A stretch of DNA of 64,000 nucleotides from Leucoraja ocellata (lineage: Eukaryota), in the NCBI GenBank assembly GCA_036785375.1, contig JAWMAR010000305.1, forward strand, positions 682,001 through 746,000, given 5' to 3'. The notes under the pieces were generated by a model. It did not search any database, was not told the DNA's origin, and was given only the letters and a program-made list of their open reading frames with translations. Shown one piece after another: positions 62,864 through 64,000 of this stretch (positions are counted from its first letter, which is position 1; each line of letters opens with the position of its first letter). A program made the position numbers and the translations under genes.

Positions 62864-62995
62864 CTGGCCGATAGGTATCTTGGTGATGTTCCTCATTTCT
62901 GGAATCATAATATTGTTTCAATAAAACCCAAAATATTCTTCCCGCTTTCGCTGTAAGGTGATTTCCCTTCTTTCCATATTTGCAGGTAGATAACC
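62864..62995 (-). CDS. TBC1D22B: TBC1D22B coding exon (about exon 6): GYLPANMERREITLQRKREEYFGF[IEQYYDSRNEEHHQDTYRQ]; 132 nt as assembled, with three 1-nt insertions and an in-frame TGA
   Basis: Boundaries are tttatttag|GGT TAT CTA...CGGCCAG|gtac. Removing one base at each of about 62925, 62917 and 62867 restores a 129-nt, 43-aa exon. Confidence 0.9.
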
Positions 62996-63091
62996 CTAAA
63001 TAAAAAGAATGATACATTATACAATGTCATTAAAAACATGCAGTGGAAGGCGAATGGTGAAAATAACAGTACATTTTGAAGAATGTGCTGT

Positions 63092-63385
63092 AGGGCAGCA
63101 CAGTGGCACAGTGGTAGAATTGGCTGCCTTGCAGCGCCAGAGACCCTGGTTCGATCCTAACTCTGGGTGCTGTCTGTACGGAGTTTGCATGTTCTCCTGT
63201 GACCATGTGGGGTTTCGCTGGATGCTCTGGTTGCCTCCCACATTCCAAAGATGCACAGGTTTGGAGATTAATTGATTTCTGCAAATTATAAATTATCCCA
63301 TATATGTTGGATACTGCTCGTGTAAGGGGTGATCACTGGTTGGCATGGACTGGAATGGCCCGTTTCCAATGCTGTATCTCTAAAT
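63092..63385 (+). mobile_element. tRNA-derived V-SINE (HE1-like), full length
   Basis: A-box TGGCACAGTGG, B-box GGTTCGATCC, V-domain and tail. Confidence 0.9.
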
Positions 63386-63539
63386 TCTCCAAGGCTAGAC
63401 CATAGTTACACAATTAGAAATTGTTATTCCAAATTGAAACAAAAAAAAAAATTGGTGTGGGGGGAGGGAAATTGTAATCTCATGTATATCTCTGACAAGT
63501 GGCAGGTAACCCCCACCCCACCCTCCCACACTTTGAGTT

Positions 63540-63795
63540 TAGTTCAGTTTAGAAATGCAGCACAGAAACAGGCCTTTCAGCCCACCAAGTCCATTGATCA
63601 CCCGTTCACACTGATTCTATGTTATCCCACTTTCTCATCCACTCCCTGCACATTAGGGGCAATTTACAGATGCCAATTGACCTACCTTGCAGGTCTTTGG
63701 GATGTAGGAGGAAACCTGAGCATTCAAAGGGAACCCACATGGTCACAGAGAGAATGTGCAAGCTCCACAAAGATCGAACCTGGGTCTCTGGCACT
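63540..63795 (-). mobile_element. tRNA-derived V-SINE (HE1-like)
   Basis: B-box GGTTCGATC on the minus strand, plus tail. Confidence 0.82.
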
Positions 63796-64000
63796 CTGAG
63801 CCTTCATAATGGTGTATGTTAAAGCCACTGGACAGTGGTCATTAAGCTTAAATTACAATTTATCAGTGTAGCCTTGCTTGAATCCTCGTATCTGGTACTG
63901 GTGTGGGCTTAAATCAGGAATAGCACCTTCGACCCTACCCATTTGGACTGATGTTTGCCCCCGTGCTATATCAGCAGACAGCTCTTGGAGTCCAACAAGA

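Noticed and set aside
63092-63165. tRNA-like A/B boxes here and at many other sites
   Set aside because: They are SINE heads followed by V-domain and CR1 tail, and no complete cloverleaf is evident.

Overview
This is eukaryotic vertebrate DNA, inferred to be a cartilaginous fish (probably a skate or ray) from the abundant HE1-like V-SINEs, CR1 LINEs and SacSINE-like remnants. The whole window lies inside one minus-strand gene, TBC1D22B (a Rab-GAP with a TBC domain). Five internal coding exons are present (62864-62995, 58960-59025, 32785-32899, 5919-6025, 766-841), all with canonical AG/GT boundaries and compatible phases, separated by introns of about 3.8, 26.1, 26.8 and 5.1 kb. The first of these exons carries three single-base insertions and an in-frame TGA, which is probably a consensus error. 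The introns are dense with transposons: CR1, Rex1/Babar, L1 and L2 fragments, tRNA-derived V-SINEs, Deu-domain SINEs, Penelope-like elements with minimal hammerhead ribozyme motifs, two IR/DR Tc1 copies, hAT and PIF/Harbinger MITEs, and Helitron-like elements. The most notable observation is a GC-rich non-coding retroposon family (about 1885-2755 and 55073-55905). Its two copies keep two hairpins through five compensatory base-pair changes and share a 3' stem-loop with Rex1/Babar LINEs. There are three assembly gaps. Family names come from recalled motifs, no database search was run, and most repeat boundaries are approximate.
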